Of a DNA stretch of 64,000 nucleotides, positions 38,355 to 47,872 are shown piece after piece. Position 1 is the stretch's first letter; the number at the start of each line of letters is the position of its first letter. The translations under genes were made by a program, and so were the position numbers. The notes beneath the pieces are model-generated. The model ran no database searches. It was not told the DNA's origin and was given only the letters and a program-made list of their open reading frames with translations. The DNA comes from an uncultured bacterium (GTDB lineage: Bacteria > Verrucomicrobiota > Verrucomicrobiia > Limisphaerales > UBA8199): the NCBI GenBank assembly GCA_963749495.1, contig CAVVMW010000004.1, positions 288,001-352,000 of the forward strand, read 5' to 3'.

Positions 38355-39902
38355 ATGTTGAAGACACAACTACCCGGGGCCCTGGCCATGGCGGCAGCCC
38401 TCATCACCCTGGCCGTTGCGGCGCCCGCGCGGGGCGCCGAGAGCGGGTTCCAGAGCATCTTCAACGGCCAGGACCTGACGGGCTGGGACGGCAATCCCAA
38501 GCTCTGGTCGGTCCAGGACGGCGCCATCACCGGCCAGACAACCCTCAACAACCCGGCCCCGGGAAATACGTTCCTGGTCTGGACCAACGGCACCGTGGCC
38601 GATTTCGAGTTGCGCTGCTCGTTCAAGATGGTTCCGGGCGATAGCCGCGGCTTTGCCAACTCGGGCATCCAGTACCCGCAGCAGGATCTTCGACCCCAAG
38701 AACTGGGTCGTCGGCGGCTACCAGGCCGATATGGAGGCCGGCCCAACTACACCGGCAACCTTTATGAGGAACGCATCCGGGGCACCATGGCCGAGCGCGG
38801 GCAGAAGGTCGTTTATTCCGCAGATGGCAAGCAACACGTGACCGGTTCCGTGGGCAACGCCGCCGAAATCGAGGCCTCGATCAAAAAGGGTGACTGGAAT
38901 GATTACGTCATCATCGCCAAAGGCAATCACCTCCAGCAGTTCCTCAATGGAAGACAGACCGTGGACGTGACGGACGAGGACCAGGCCCATCGCGCCTTGA
39001 GCGGCATCCTGGCCCTTCAACTCCACGCCGGCCCGCCCATGATGGTCCAGTTCAAGGACATCCGAATCAAGACGCTCTCTGCCGCCGATGCCAAGAAGAT
39101 CGTCTTTCTGGCCGGGCCGCCCAGCCACGGGCCGCGCGAGCACGAGCACCGGGCCGGTTGCCTGCTGCTGGCGTCCTGCCTGGACCAGGTCCCCGGCATC
39201 ACCTGCGAAGTCTATAGCAACGGCTGGCCTCAGAACGCCGAGGCGGCCTTTGCCGATGCCGCCGCCATAGTCGTCTATAGCGATGGCGGCAGCGGCCACC
39301 CGCTCCTTCAGGACGACCGCCTCAAAGTCATCGGCGCCCTGATGGACAAGGGTGCCGGGCTGGCCCTCCTGCATTACGCCGTTGAGGCCACCAAGGAAAA
39401 GGGCGAGAAGGAATTCATCCAATGGGTCGGCGGGTGTTTCGAGACCGACTGGTCCGTCAACCCGACCTGGAAGGCGGACTTCAAGACCCTGCCCAGGCGC
39501 GCCGTCCTGCGCGGCGTCAACCCCTTCGCCATCACCGACGAGTGGTACTTCCACATGCGCTTCAGTGATGACGCCCAGGCCGTGAGGCCCATTCTCTCAG
39601 CCGTGGCGCCCGAGAGCACGATGGACCGGCCCGATGGTCCGCACGAGGGCAACCCCGCCGTCCGCGAGTCGGTCAAACGGGGCGACCCGCAGGTCGTGGC
39701 GTGGACTTGCCGCCGGCCCGACGGCGGCTGCGGCTTCGGCTTCACCGGCGGCCACTTCCACAAGAATTGGGGCAATGAGAACGTCCGCAAGTTGGTCCTC
39801 AACGCCATCCTCTGGACCGCCAAGGCCGATGTCCCGCCCGAGGGGGTCGAGTCGAAGGTGAGCGCGGAAGACCTCGAGAAGAATTTGGATAAGAAGCGCT
39901 GA
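38355..39902 (+). CDS. Secreted DUF1080 + ThuA-like domain protein; compensating indels ~38676 and ~38741
   Basis: IFNGQDLTGWDG, NSGIQY(R), GYQAD in the alternate frame, LALQLHAG, then SHGPREHEH, DEWYF, FTGGHFH. Confidence 0.85.
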   Translation: MLKTQLPGALAMAAALITLAVAAPARGAESGFQSIFNGQDLTGWDGNPKLWSVQDGAITGQTTLNNPAPGNTFLVWTNGTVADFELRCSFKMVPGDSRGFANSGIQYPQQDLRPQELGRRRLPGRYGGRPNYTGNLYEERIRGTMAERGQKVVYSADGKQHVTGSVGNAAEIEASIKKGDWNDYVIIAKGNHLQQFLNGRQTVDVTDEDQAHRALSGILALQLHAGPPMMVQFKDIRIKTLSAADAKKIVFLAGPPSHGPREHEHRAGCLLLASCLDQVPGITCEVYSNGWPQNAEAAFADAAAIVVYSDGGSGHPLLQDDRLKVIGALMDKGAGLALLHYAVEATKEKGEKEFIQWVGGCFETDWSVNPTWKADFKTLPRRAVLRGVNPFAITDEWYFHMRFSDDAQAVRPILSAVAPESTMDRPDGPHEGNPAVRESVKRGDPQVVAWTCRRPDGGCGFGFTGGHFHKNWGNENVRKLVLNAILWTAKADVPPEGVESKVSAEDLEKNLDKKR

Positions 39903-39974
39903 GGCGTGGGGCAGCCCTTCATCGGTTGGACCTGGCCTCTACCTGCCCCCGCGTCTGCGGAATCACCTGCGCAG

Positions 39975-40196
39975 CGCGTGCGTCGCGGAGCGACGCAGTG
40001 AAGGTAGCCGTGGACCTTGGTCCACGGTTCAGGGCGTGGGCACGGTTCCGCGTCGCGCAGCGACGCCTGACACCTTGGGGCTGGCAGATCGCGAAGCCTG
40101 TTTTCAGGCGTCGCTGCGCGACGCGGCTGAGGTTGGGCCACGGGTCCGTGGACTGGAAGTCCACGGCTGCCATCAGGCACCGCTACGCGGTGACGG
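39975..40196. repeat. REP/REPIN-like inverted doublet
   Basis: CCGCGTCGCGCAGCGACGCCTGA / TCAGGCGTCGCTGCGCGACGCGG inner pair; GCCGTGGAC..GTCCACGG hairpins on both sides. Confidence 0.8.
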
Positions 40197-40216
40197 AAGA
40201 TGGGCTAAGGGGCCAC

Positions 40217-40447
40217 TCAAACATGCGCCAGTTCGCTCCACTGCTCAGGTGGTGCCAGGAACGGGCCGCATCGCCGGGCCGGCGGCAGCTTCCATTCCGC
40301 AGCGCTAATCCGTCCGGGCGGATGAACCTGCGTCATGTACTCAAGCCCGCGCCGCACTACCTCGGCAAAGGACCACTCCTTTTCCGCAGCCACCTTCTTG
40401 GCCCGCTGATAAAGCTCATCCGGGATTTGGACTTGCGTCTTCGTCAT
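40217..40447 (-). CDS. Ribbon-helix-helix (CopG/VapB-like) antitoxin, no adjacent toxin
   Basis: MTKTQVQIPDELYQRAKKVA..EWSFAEVVRRGLE RHH signature. Confidence 0.8.
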   Translation of the reverse strand: MTKTQVQIPDELYQRAKKVAAEKEWSFAEVVRRGLEYMTQVHPPGRISAAEWKLPPARRCGPFLAPPEQWSELAHV

Positions 40448-40482
40448 GATGGCAGTTTGCCATCATGGCGAACTGATGGCAA
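40445..40482 (-). promoter_or_regulatory. Leaderless sigma70-type promoter with overlapping palindromic operator
   Basis: TTGCCA-N17-CAAACT-N6-ATG on minus; CATGATGGCA-GTT-TGCCATCATG palindrome 40445-40467. Confidence 0.6.
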
Positions 40483-40503
40483 GCCTTCATTTCCGGGGGG
40501 CAA

Positions 40504-40566
40504 GGGGTCAGATCTCAACATTTGATATTTGTGCAGCACAAATATCAAATGTTGAGATCTGACCCC
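40504..40566. repeat. Perfect 63-bp palindrome
   Basis: GGGGTCAGATCTCAACATTTGATATTTGTGC-A-GCACAAATATCAAATGTTGAGATCTGACCCC (31-bp arms). Confidence 0.95.
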
Positions 40567-40584
40567 ATCCCACCCATCCCACCC

Positions 40585-41615
40585 TCACAGCCCGTTGAGG
40601 GCATCCACCAACTGCCGGAGCCGGCCGTAGTCGCGCCGGTTGAAACCAAAGCCGATGCGCGGCAGGTCCGGGAAATCGCCATCGGCCACTTCCTCCGGCG
40701 TGGCCGAGGTGCGCTCGATTTGGGGGCCGGCGATAATATCGGCAAAATCCCGGTTCAGGGCCGCAGGGCGGAATCGGAGGGGGGCTGATTGAGGCGGATG
40801 ACGAAGAGGTCCTTCACGAAGCGGGTCGAGTGGAAATTGCGGTAGAAGCGGGTGATGATCCGGACCGCCTGGTCGGTGTCGTTGGTGATCTGGTAGAGAT
40901 GGAGATCGTCGGGCGAGATCAACTTTTGGCGGAGCAGTTGCGCGCGCACGTGCTTGTCCCAGGTCCGCCAATAGGCGCCGCCGGGCCGGTCGATCAGGAC
41001 CAGCGGCATCAACTGGCTCTTGCCGGTCTGCATGAGAGTGAGTGCCTCATAGCCCTCGTCCATCGTGCCGAACCCGCCCGGGAAAAGGGCCAGGGCGTCC
41101 GAGTGCCGGATGAAGATGAGCTTGCGGGTGAAGAAGTACTTGAAAGTGACGAGCTTCTTGTCCTCGCGAATGACGGGGTTGGCGGCCTGTTCCCAGGGCA
41201 GGCGGATGTTGGCGCCGAAGCTCATCTGCGGCCCGGCGCCTTCGTGCCCGGCCTGCATGATGCCCCCGCCGGCCCCCGTGATGACCATGAAGCCGGCCTG
41301 GGCTATCTTGCGGCCGAACTGGACTGCCTGCTGGTACTCGGGCTGCGCCGGCAGCGTGCGCGACGAGCCGAAGATGGTCACCTTGCGCACGTTGGCGTAG
41401 GGGGCAAAGAGCCTGAAGGCATACCGCAACTCGCGCACCGTGGTTTGAATCACCTTCACGTCGCCGCTGTCCCGCACGTCCTTGAGCAGTTTCAAGGCGT
41501 TCTCGATGATGTCGGCCACGCTCTCCTGGTTAAAGTTGCCGCCCCGGCAATCCATCAATTGCTGGATGCGCCGTCTCAACTCCGGGTCCATCGGCGGCTT
41601 CTCGCTCTTGACCAT
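40585..41615 (-). CDS. LOG/TIGR00730-like Rossmann-fold protein; frameshift near 40763
   Basis: VTIFGSSRT, ITGAGGGIM, FKYFFTRK, FPGGFGTMDE; C-terminus DLPRIGFGFNRRDYGRLRQLVDALN in the adjacent frame. Confidence 0.9.
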
Positions 41616-41790
41616 AGCACCCAGAATAACCGCCCGCCGGGGCATTTCCAACACCCAATCGGAGGGTCGAGGGAAGGAAGTCGCGCATCCCGGTCCAGCC
41701 GGCTCATTGATGCTGCCTCGACAATGTTGGATTGCCGCGGAAACGGAGCCGATGCTGTGGAGCCGGGGTGCCGCCCCCTGGCCCCTCGAG

Positions 41791-41836
41791 ATTCGTCATT
41801 CGTCATTCGTCATTCGTCATTCGTCATTCGTCATTC
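41791..41836 (+). repeat. (ATTCGTC)6 heptamer array
   Basis: Six perfect copies plus ATTC in the divergent intergenic region. Confidence 0.95.
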
Positions 41837-41889
41837 CCCCCTCCATTCCCCCCTTGCGCTAACGGCCCCCAAGGGCAACTGTTGGCTGC

Positions 41890-42700
41890 ATGAAATTCGC
41901 CATCTGCAACGAAATCTTCCAAGGCTGGAAATTCGACAACACCCTGGCCGCCGCCGCCCGGTTGGGCTACGACGCTCTGGAGATCGCCCCGTTCACGCTG
42001 GGGCCGACGGTGACCGACATCCTCGCCGGGGAGCGGCGCCGGATGCGCGAGGCTGCCGCACGCAGCCAAATCGCCATCGCCGGCATTCATTGGGTGCTGC
42101 TCAAGCCGGAGGGGCTTCACCTCAACCACCCCGACCCGTTGATTCGCCAACGCACGGCCCGCTACTTTTGCGACCTGGTGGATTTCTGCGCCGACCTGGG
42201 CGGCGCCCGCATGGTGGTCGGCTCGCCCAAACAGCGCAATGTCCTGCCAGGCGTCTCGCCCGAACTGGCCCGGCAATGGGCGCTTGAAACCTTCCGCCCG
42301 GCCGTGGCCCAGGCCGAAAGCCGCGGCGTCATCATCTGCTTCGAGCCCCTCTCCCGCCGAGACCAATTTCATCAACACCGCCGCCGAGGCCATCCAGTTC
42401 GTGGGCCAACTCCCCTCGCCGGCCTTCCGCATCATCCTCGATGTCAAGGCGATGTGCTCGGAGTCCAAACCTCTGCCGCAGATCATCCGCGAGTCGTGGC
42501 CGCACTTCGCCCATTTCCATGCCAACGACCGGAACTTCAAGGGACCCGGCTTCGGCGATGTGGATTATGCCCCCATCGCCGCTGCGCTCAAGGATGTCGG
42601 CTACACCGGTTTTGTCTCGGTGGAAGTCTTCAAATTCGACGAAGGCCCCGAGGCCATCGCCACGCGGAGCCTGGAATACCTCAGGCGGTCTTTCGGGTGA
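41890..42700 (+). CDS. Sugar-phosphate isomerase/epimerase; frameshift near 42352
   Basis: MKFAICNE, LEIAPFT, GSPKQR, CFEPL / ETNF, LDVKAM, HFHAND, VSVEVF. Confidence 0.88.
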
Positions 42701-42879
42701 AACGCAAGGCCATCCGCTCTGACTCGGATTCTCCGGCCAAAAGGGCCGGCAGAGCCTAGCAGGTATCAGGGCTGAGGCCGCCAATTTAGCCGTCAATTCA
42801 CTGCGGGATTGCGCGCCTTGGCTGCGTTTGGCACGTAGGGGGCTGCCGTCGTAGGCACTTCGACAGCCTTCCAGGACGT

Positions 42880-43456
42880 CATCAGCGGCCTGATCGGTCC
42901 GGCCCAACTGGCACCGGTCAAAGCGCAGGGCAAGAACGCGCCCGCTATTGAGCGATGCCAGGAGCTGCTGGCCCGCATCTGCGGCGGACGCGACGCGACG
43001 CGGATTCCCGGACTGGACGTGTATCTGGTGCTGCAAATTATGAGCGAAATCGGCACCGACATGACCTGCTGGAAAACCGAGAAACACCTCACTTCGTGGC
43101 TGGGATTGGCCGGTGGGCGCAAACAAAGCGGCAAACGCAAGGGCAGCGTCAAAGCCCATCGCAACCGGGCTGGGCGGATGTTTTGCGCAGCGGCGTGGTC
43201 GCTGGCACAAACTGTCAACAAGGCACTGGGTGGTTTCTAGCGGCGCTTGCGCGGACGAGTTGGAGGCTTGGCCGCCAACGTGCCACTGGCACGCAAGCTG
43301 GCCCTATTATTCTACCGGCTGCTGCGCTACGGGGCCGACTACGTTGAGAAAGGACTCAAAGCCTATGAAGCCAAAGTATTGGAAACCGAAGCGCGTTTGT
43401 TGCGGAAACTTGCTAAAAAGCAAGGGTTTACGCTCGTCCCAGCCAACCCCAATTGA
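42880..43456 (+). mobile_element. IS110-family transposase remnant (C-terminal part, premature TAG at 43238)
   Basis: TRIPGLD...IMSEIGTDM..W...HLTSWLGLA...SG; GGF*RRLR...ARKLALLFYRLLRYG.DYVE.G; N-terminal DEDD domain absent. Confidence 0.85.
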
Positions 43457-43461
43457 CCGCA

Positions 43462-43569
43462 GGTTCATGGGGAGCCCCCTTTGGCTTCTGCCAATGCATT
43501 GGGACCATGAACCGGTCAGGGGCCCGAGGCTGCGAAGCGTTTTGGACTGCGGCAGTCCTCTGCCGCTTA
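43462..43569. repeat. Palindromic mini-element plus half REP-like unit
   Basis: GGTTCATGG 43462 / CCATGAACC 43505; TTTTGGACTGCGGCAGTCCTCTGCCGCTT identical to the unit at 51555. Confidence 0.75.
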
Positions 43570-43609
43570 ACGAATGGACTAGCCCGTGAGAACCGTTATC
43601 CTGCCGCCG

Positions 43610-45235
43610 ATGAGCCTGAGTCGTACGGTCTCCTGGGCGCGCCCGGCGCTCCGGGGTGTTGTCGTGCTATGGCTCGGCCTCGGGCTGAGCGGTCTTGCGG
43701 CGGGGGCCGGGTCCAAGCCCAATGTCCTGGTGATTGTGGCTGATGACTTGGGGTTTTCGGATTTGGGGTGTTATGGGGGGGAGATAGGGACGCCGAATTT
43801 GGACCGGCTGGCCAGGGATGGGCTTCGCTTCACGCAGTTCTACAACACAGCGCGGTGCTGGCCGTCGCGGGCGAGCATTCTCACCGGGTATTACGCGCAG
43901 CAGGTGCGGCGGGACGAGTTGCCAGGGGTGGGCGGCGGGGCCGGCGGCCGGCGGCCGGCCTGGGCGCGGCTGCTCCCCGAATACCTCAAGCCGCTGGGTT
44001 ACCGCTCGTATCTTTCCGGCAAGTGGCACGTGGACGGCCGCCCCTTGCAGAACGGATTTGATCGCGCCTTCGAATACAGCGACACCGATCATCATTTCTT
44101 GCTGACAAACCGGCTCGAGGCAGGCGCCGAGCCGTTGCAGCCGGTCCGTTCGGCAGAGGATTATTACGCGAGCACGGCGATTGCCGACCATGCCATTCGC
44201 CAACTCAGGGAGCACGCGGCCAATCATGCGGACCGTCCCTTCTTCGAATACGTTGCCTTTACAGAACCGCACTTCCCTCTGCAGGCGCGCCCGGAAGACA
44301 TCGCCCTCTACCGCGATCGTTACCTGGACGGCTGGGACGCCCTCCGGCAACAGCGCTGGGCGCGGATGACCGAGCTGGGGATCATCCAGTGCGTCCTCTC
44401 GAAACTCGACCCGGGCGTTTGGCCAAGCTGGAACCTGCCGGCCCAGGCCTTGCGCGAGCGAATCGGCCCCGGTGAAGCAGCCCGCGCTCTTTCCTGGGAC
44501 GCGTTAACGCCCCAACAGCGGGCCTTCCAGCCCGTCAAGATGGCCATCCACGCGGCCATGATCCATCGGGTGGACATCGAGGCCGGGCGCGTCCTGGAGC
44601 AACTCAAGGCGATGGGGGCGTTCGAGAATACGCTGGTTCTGTTCCTTTCGGACAACGGCGCCAGCGCGGAGCAGATGATTCGCGGGGACGGCCACGATCC
44701 CCTTGCGCCGCCGGGTTCGGCCCGGACGTTCCTCTGCCTGGGCCCCGGCTGGTCCAGCGCGGCCAACACCCCGCTCCGCCTGCACAAGTCCTGGGTACAC
44801 GAAGGGGGCATCTCCACGCCCCTGATCGTCCATTGGCCGCAAGGCATCTCCTGGCGGGGCCAATTGCGCCACAATCCCGGCCACCTGATTGACCTGGCGC
44901 CGACCATCCTCGAACTGGCCGGCGGCAAATGGCCCCAGACGCTTGCTGGCAAGCCCGTGCCGCCCCCGCCCGGCAAGAGCCTGGTGTCGGCGTTCGCTAC
45001 AGACGGCTCCGTGGCCCATGACTATTTCTGGTGGTTCCACGATGGCAACCGCGCCATCCGTGTGGGCGACTGGAAGCTCGTGGCCGACCATCGATCACCC
45101 TGGGAATTGTACGACCTGCGCCGGGATCGCGCCGAGTCGGAGAACCTGGCCGCACAACACCCGGACGAGGTCAAACACCTGGAACAGGAGTGGACAAACC
45201 ACATGGAGGAGTTCAGGGCGGTGAGCACAGAATAG
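43610..45235 (+). CDS. Arylsulfatase
   Basis: PNVLVIVADDLG, CWPSR formylglycine motif, SGKWH, SDNG, HEGGISTP, WELYDL. Confidence 0.95.
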   Translation: MSLSRTVSWARPALRGVVVLWLGLGLSGLAAGAGSKPNVLVIVADDLGFSDLGCYGGEIGTPNLDRLARDGLRFTQFYNTARCWPSRASILTGYYAQQVRRDELPGVGGGAGGRRPAWARLLPEYLKPLGYRSYLSGKWHVDGRPLQNGFDRAFEYSDTDHHFLLTNRLEAGAEPLQPVRSAEDYYASTAIADHAIRQLREHAANHADRPFFEYVAFTEPHFPLQARPEDIALYRDRYLDGWDALRQQRWARMTELGIIQCVLSKLDPGVWPSWNLPAQALRERIGPGEAARALSWDALTPQQRAFQPVKMAIHAAMIHRVDIEAGRVLEQLKAMGAFENTLVLFLSDNGASAEQMIRGDGHDPLAPPGSARTFLCLGPGWSSAANTPLRLHKSWVHEGGISTPLIVHWPQGISWRGQLRHNPGHLIDLAPTILELAGGKWPQTLAGKPVPPPPGKSLVSAFATDGSVAHDYFWWFHDGNRAIRVGDWKLVADHRSPWELYDLRRDRAESENLAAQHPDEVKHLEQEWTNHMEEFRAVSTE

Positions 45236-47402
45236 AGCATCCCGGATCGGTCATGGCCCGCTCGATTATCTTTGGCCAACGAGCCGCCGCGGATTTCTCG
45301 CAGACCAGCAGCAGGCTCAGGGCCTGGTCCGGCGAGACCTCGACGCGAATGAACTCCCCGTTCTTGCGGGCGGTGCTCGTCTCCAGGGTCTGCCAGCGGC
45401 CGTCGAGGATGTCACCGGTTAGGGTCATGGGCTCGGCCCAGGCAGCGGTCGAGCGCCACTCCACCCGTCCCGGTTGCAGCGGCAGGATCAGCAGGGCGCG
45501 CGAGCGGCGCACGTCCCGGCCATCCAGCGTGAAGACTATCCCGTGCGTTTCATCCAGCCCAATTCGCTGGTCTCCGAGCGCGCACGCGCCCTGAGTTTCG
45601 ATCGCGCGGATGGCGCCGGCTCCATCAAACCAGAGCAAGGCGGGCCGGTGGCGGGCCACCGTTACCGTGGCCGGAGGTTTCTCGTCCCCGATGGTCAAGG
45701 TTCGCTCGGGCTGGGTCTCGTCCATGTTGAATAGGAGATAGTAAATGAGGCCGGGCACGCCGGCGTAGCGCCCGGCGAAGTCGCAGCACCAGGCGCGCTG
45801 GGCAGCAAGGTCGGTGTCGCTCGCGGCGGCGTTGCAGCCGATGAGCAGGCCGGGGAAATAGACCTGGCCGTATTTCTGCGCGAGTTGAACGATGCCGTCC
45901 ACTTTCCGTAGCAACGGTTCCTGCGCCGCCGGCGGGCGGGGCAGGCCGAACTGCAGGTTCTCGTAGAGCATCACGCCCAGGTCGCGGCGCTGGCGCATGT
46001 CGCGCAACCACTGGAGCGGCGTCTCGCGCGCGGAGTTGAAGACGTAGCCCCAGTCGTCGGTGCCGAAGAGGAACAGGGGCCGCTTGCCGAAGCGCAGGTA
46101 GTTGTCGCGATAGGCCAGCTTGGGGCCGGAGCGGAGGACATTGGGGTCCTGCACGACGAAACCGCTTTCGATCCGATCCACCTCATTCGTGCCGTCCCAG
46201 AGGCGGGCGAGCAAATAGTAGAAGTCCGCCGCAAACCGGGGCGGTTTCCATTGGCCCGTGACCAGGTTGGTCTGGTGCGGCAGGGCGTGGACGGCGAAGC
46301 TGAGGTTGGTTGCCAGGCGGCTGAGGGCAGGAGAGGACAGGGCCGTCTCACCGGGGTAGATTTCGAGGCCGATGCGGAGTTCCCGCCGGTTCCGGCCGCC
46401 GTTGAACACGGGGATGAAGAACTTCACGGCTTCACCTTGCCGGTAACACGAATGCTCGGTTGTCAGCGAGGCGAAGAAGACATCGCGCGTGAGCGAACGA
46501 ACGATGCTCACGAAGGCCTCGGCCATGGCGGGCTGCCCCGGCGCGAACAGGTCGCGGTTGGTCACGCCGAAAAACGCCCAACTGGAACCCGCCCATCGCC
46601 CGGCATAGTGGCGGAGCATCGCGCCGGCGGCGCCGCGCAGGCGGCCGAAACTGTCATAGGCATTGATGAGTGGGACCCAGCGCGCCTCGTCCGCGCCCAC
46701 CACGCCGCAGGCCGCCCAGCCTTCGAGCGGGCCATCGAGTCGAAGCGCCGGGTCGAGGATGGTCTGTGCTGGCGCTGTGGCCAGCGAGCGCGCGCGTTCG
46801 AGCGGGTAGTCCGCCTGGAACACGCCCAACTGGGTCGGCTCGGTCTCGAGGCCGTCTTCGGGACGCCCGTGCCGCGTGTTGAGCCGCTCGTAGAACCACG
46901 CCACGCCCTCGAGCGCGGGCGGAGTGGGCGGCCGGTGTGCAGTCCAGCCGTTGGGGGTTCGCTCGAGCAGGTTGTCGAAGGCATACCCGCCCGTGCTGAA
47001 GAACTTTCCCCCGGCGTGGAGGAAGGCGCGGAAGTTGTCCGCCGCGCTCACCGGGAAGCTTGCGCCATAGGGCAGGACCAGTACGTCGAAGCGGTCGTGA
47101 TTGAGTTCGCGTGCGTCGGCAAGTTGGGCGCTGGCCAGGAAGGTCGGGGCAAAGCCGGCGCGTTGGAGGATGGCGGCCAGGTAATCCGGGGATGAAGGTG
47201 CGCCCGAGGCCGGGATGTCTTCCTTGAAGATGGCGATGTGGGCTTGGGGTTCGGCCCCCCGCGCCGTGGGGCTGCAATGAACCACGACGCCGAGGATCAG
47301 GGCCCGGAGCAGCCGAGCGGCGAAATCCGCGAATGGGCGGCGACGATTATCGGAAATCGTGGGAACCTCAAGCTTGCAGGGGCTGAACATCGAGCCGCGC
47401 AC
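45213..47402 (-). CDS. Hypothetical secreted protein (GATase-like N-terminal domain, possible glycoside-hydrolase-like part)
   Basis: 729-aa ORF, signal-like N-terminus, FDVLVLPYG, FLHAGGKFFSTGG; codon usage consistent with neighbours. Confidence 0.6.
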   Translation of the reverse strand: MRGSMFSPCKLEVPTISDNRRRPFADFAARLLRALILGVVVHCSPTARGAEPQAHIAIFKEDIPASGAPSSPDYLAAILQRAGFAPTFLASAQLADARELNHDRFDVLVLPYGASFPVSAADNFRAFLHAGGKFFSTGGYAFDNLLERTPNGWTAHRPPTPPALEGVAWFYERLNTRHGRPEDGLETEPTQLGVFQADYPLERARSLATAPAQTILDPALRLDGPLEGWAACGVVGADEARWVPLINAYDSFGRLRGAAGAMLRHYAGRWAGSSWAFFGVTNRDLFAPGQPAMAEAFVSIVRSLTRDVFFASLTTEHSCYRQGEAVKFFIPVFNGGRNRRELRIGLEIYPGETALSSPALSRLATNLSFAVHALPHQTNLVTGQWKPPRFAADFYYLLARLWDGTNEVDRIESGFVVQDPNVLRSGPKLAYRDNYLRFGKRPLFLFGTDDWGYVFNSARETPLQWLRDMRQRRDLGVMLYENLQFGLPRPPAAQEPLLRKVDGIVQLAQKYGQVYFPGLLIGCNAAASDTDLAAQRAWCCDFAGRYAGVPGLIYYLLFNMDETQPERTLTIGDEKPPATVTVARHRPALLWFDGAGAIRAIETQGACALGDQRIGLDETHGIVFTLDGRDVRRSRALLILPLQPGRVEWRSTAAWAEPMTLTGDILDGRWQTLETSTARKNGEFIRVEVSPDQALSLLLVCEKSAAARWPKIIERAMTDPGCSILCSPP

Positions 47403-47420
47403 CGAGTTGCAGAGTCCGTG

Positions 47421-47621
47421 TTAAACGGTCACAAATTCCAACGCCCGGAGATTCAGTTCCGGGGCACGCTCGGAGAGGTGCAGGATTTCTACGCCGACGA
47501 CATGCTGGTGCTCGTCGAAGTCCAGCACGACGCCGGGCGACACTTCTTCCGACTCGACAATCTTCGACTGGTCGAGGCGCAGGTAAAGCGCATCGGCCTT
47601 CTGGTCCACGTGCAGTTTCAT
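47421..47621 (-). CDS. DUF2283-family small protein
   Basis: DQKADALYLRL...ESEEVSPGVVLDFD...VVGVEIL. Confidence 0.85.
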   Translation of the reverse strand: MKLHVDQKADALYLRLDQSKIVESEEVSPGVVLDFDEHQHVVGVEILHLSERAPELNLRALEFVTV

Positions 47622-47854
47622 AGCTCATCCCCTGGAACCGGGGGAACGCCGGGCGATGCGTCGAGGAACGCCAGGAAATCCTCGCGCTTGGCGCCAGCGG
47701 CCCGCCGGCGGAGGTGCTCGACGGTGATCAGCGCACTAAGCTTCTCCGCAGCCGCGGAGGAGAGCAACTGGTTAACGGTTACCCCTTCCTTGGCCGCCCA
47801 TTCGCGGAGTTGGCGGGCCAGGCTTTCGGGCATCTGGATGGTCAGCGTGCTCAT
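47618..47854 (-). CDS. HicB-like RHH antitoxin
   Basis: MSTLTIQMPESLARQLREWAAKEGVTVNQLLSSAAAEKLSAL...PPVPGDEL. Confidence 0.8.
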   Translation of the reverse strand: MSTLTIQMPESLARQLREWAAKEGVTVNQLLSSAAAEKLSALITVEHLRRRAAGAKREDFLAFLDASPGVPPVPGDEL

Positions 47855-47872
47855 TTTTGCTTCTCGTCCATC

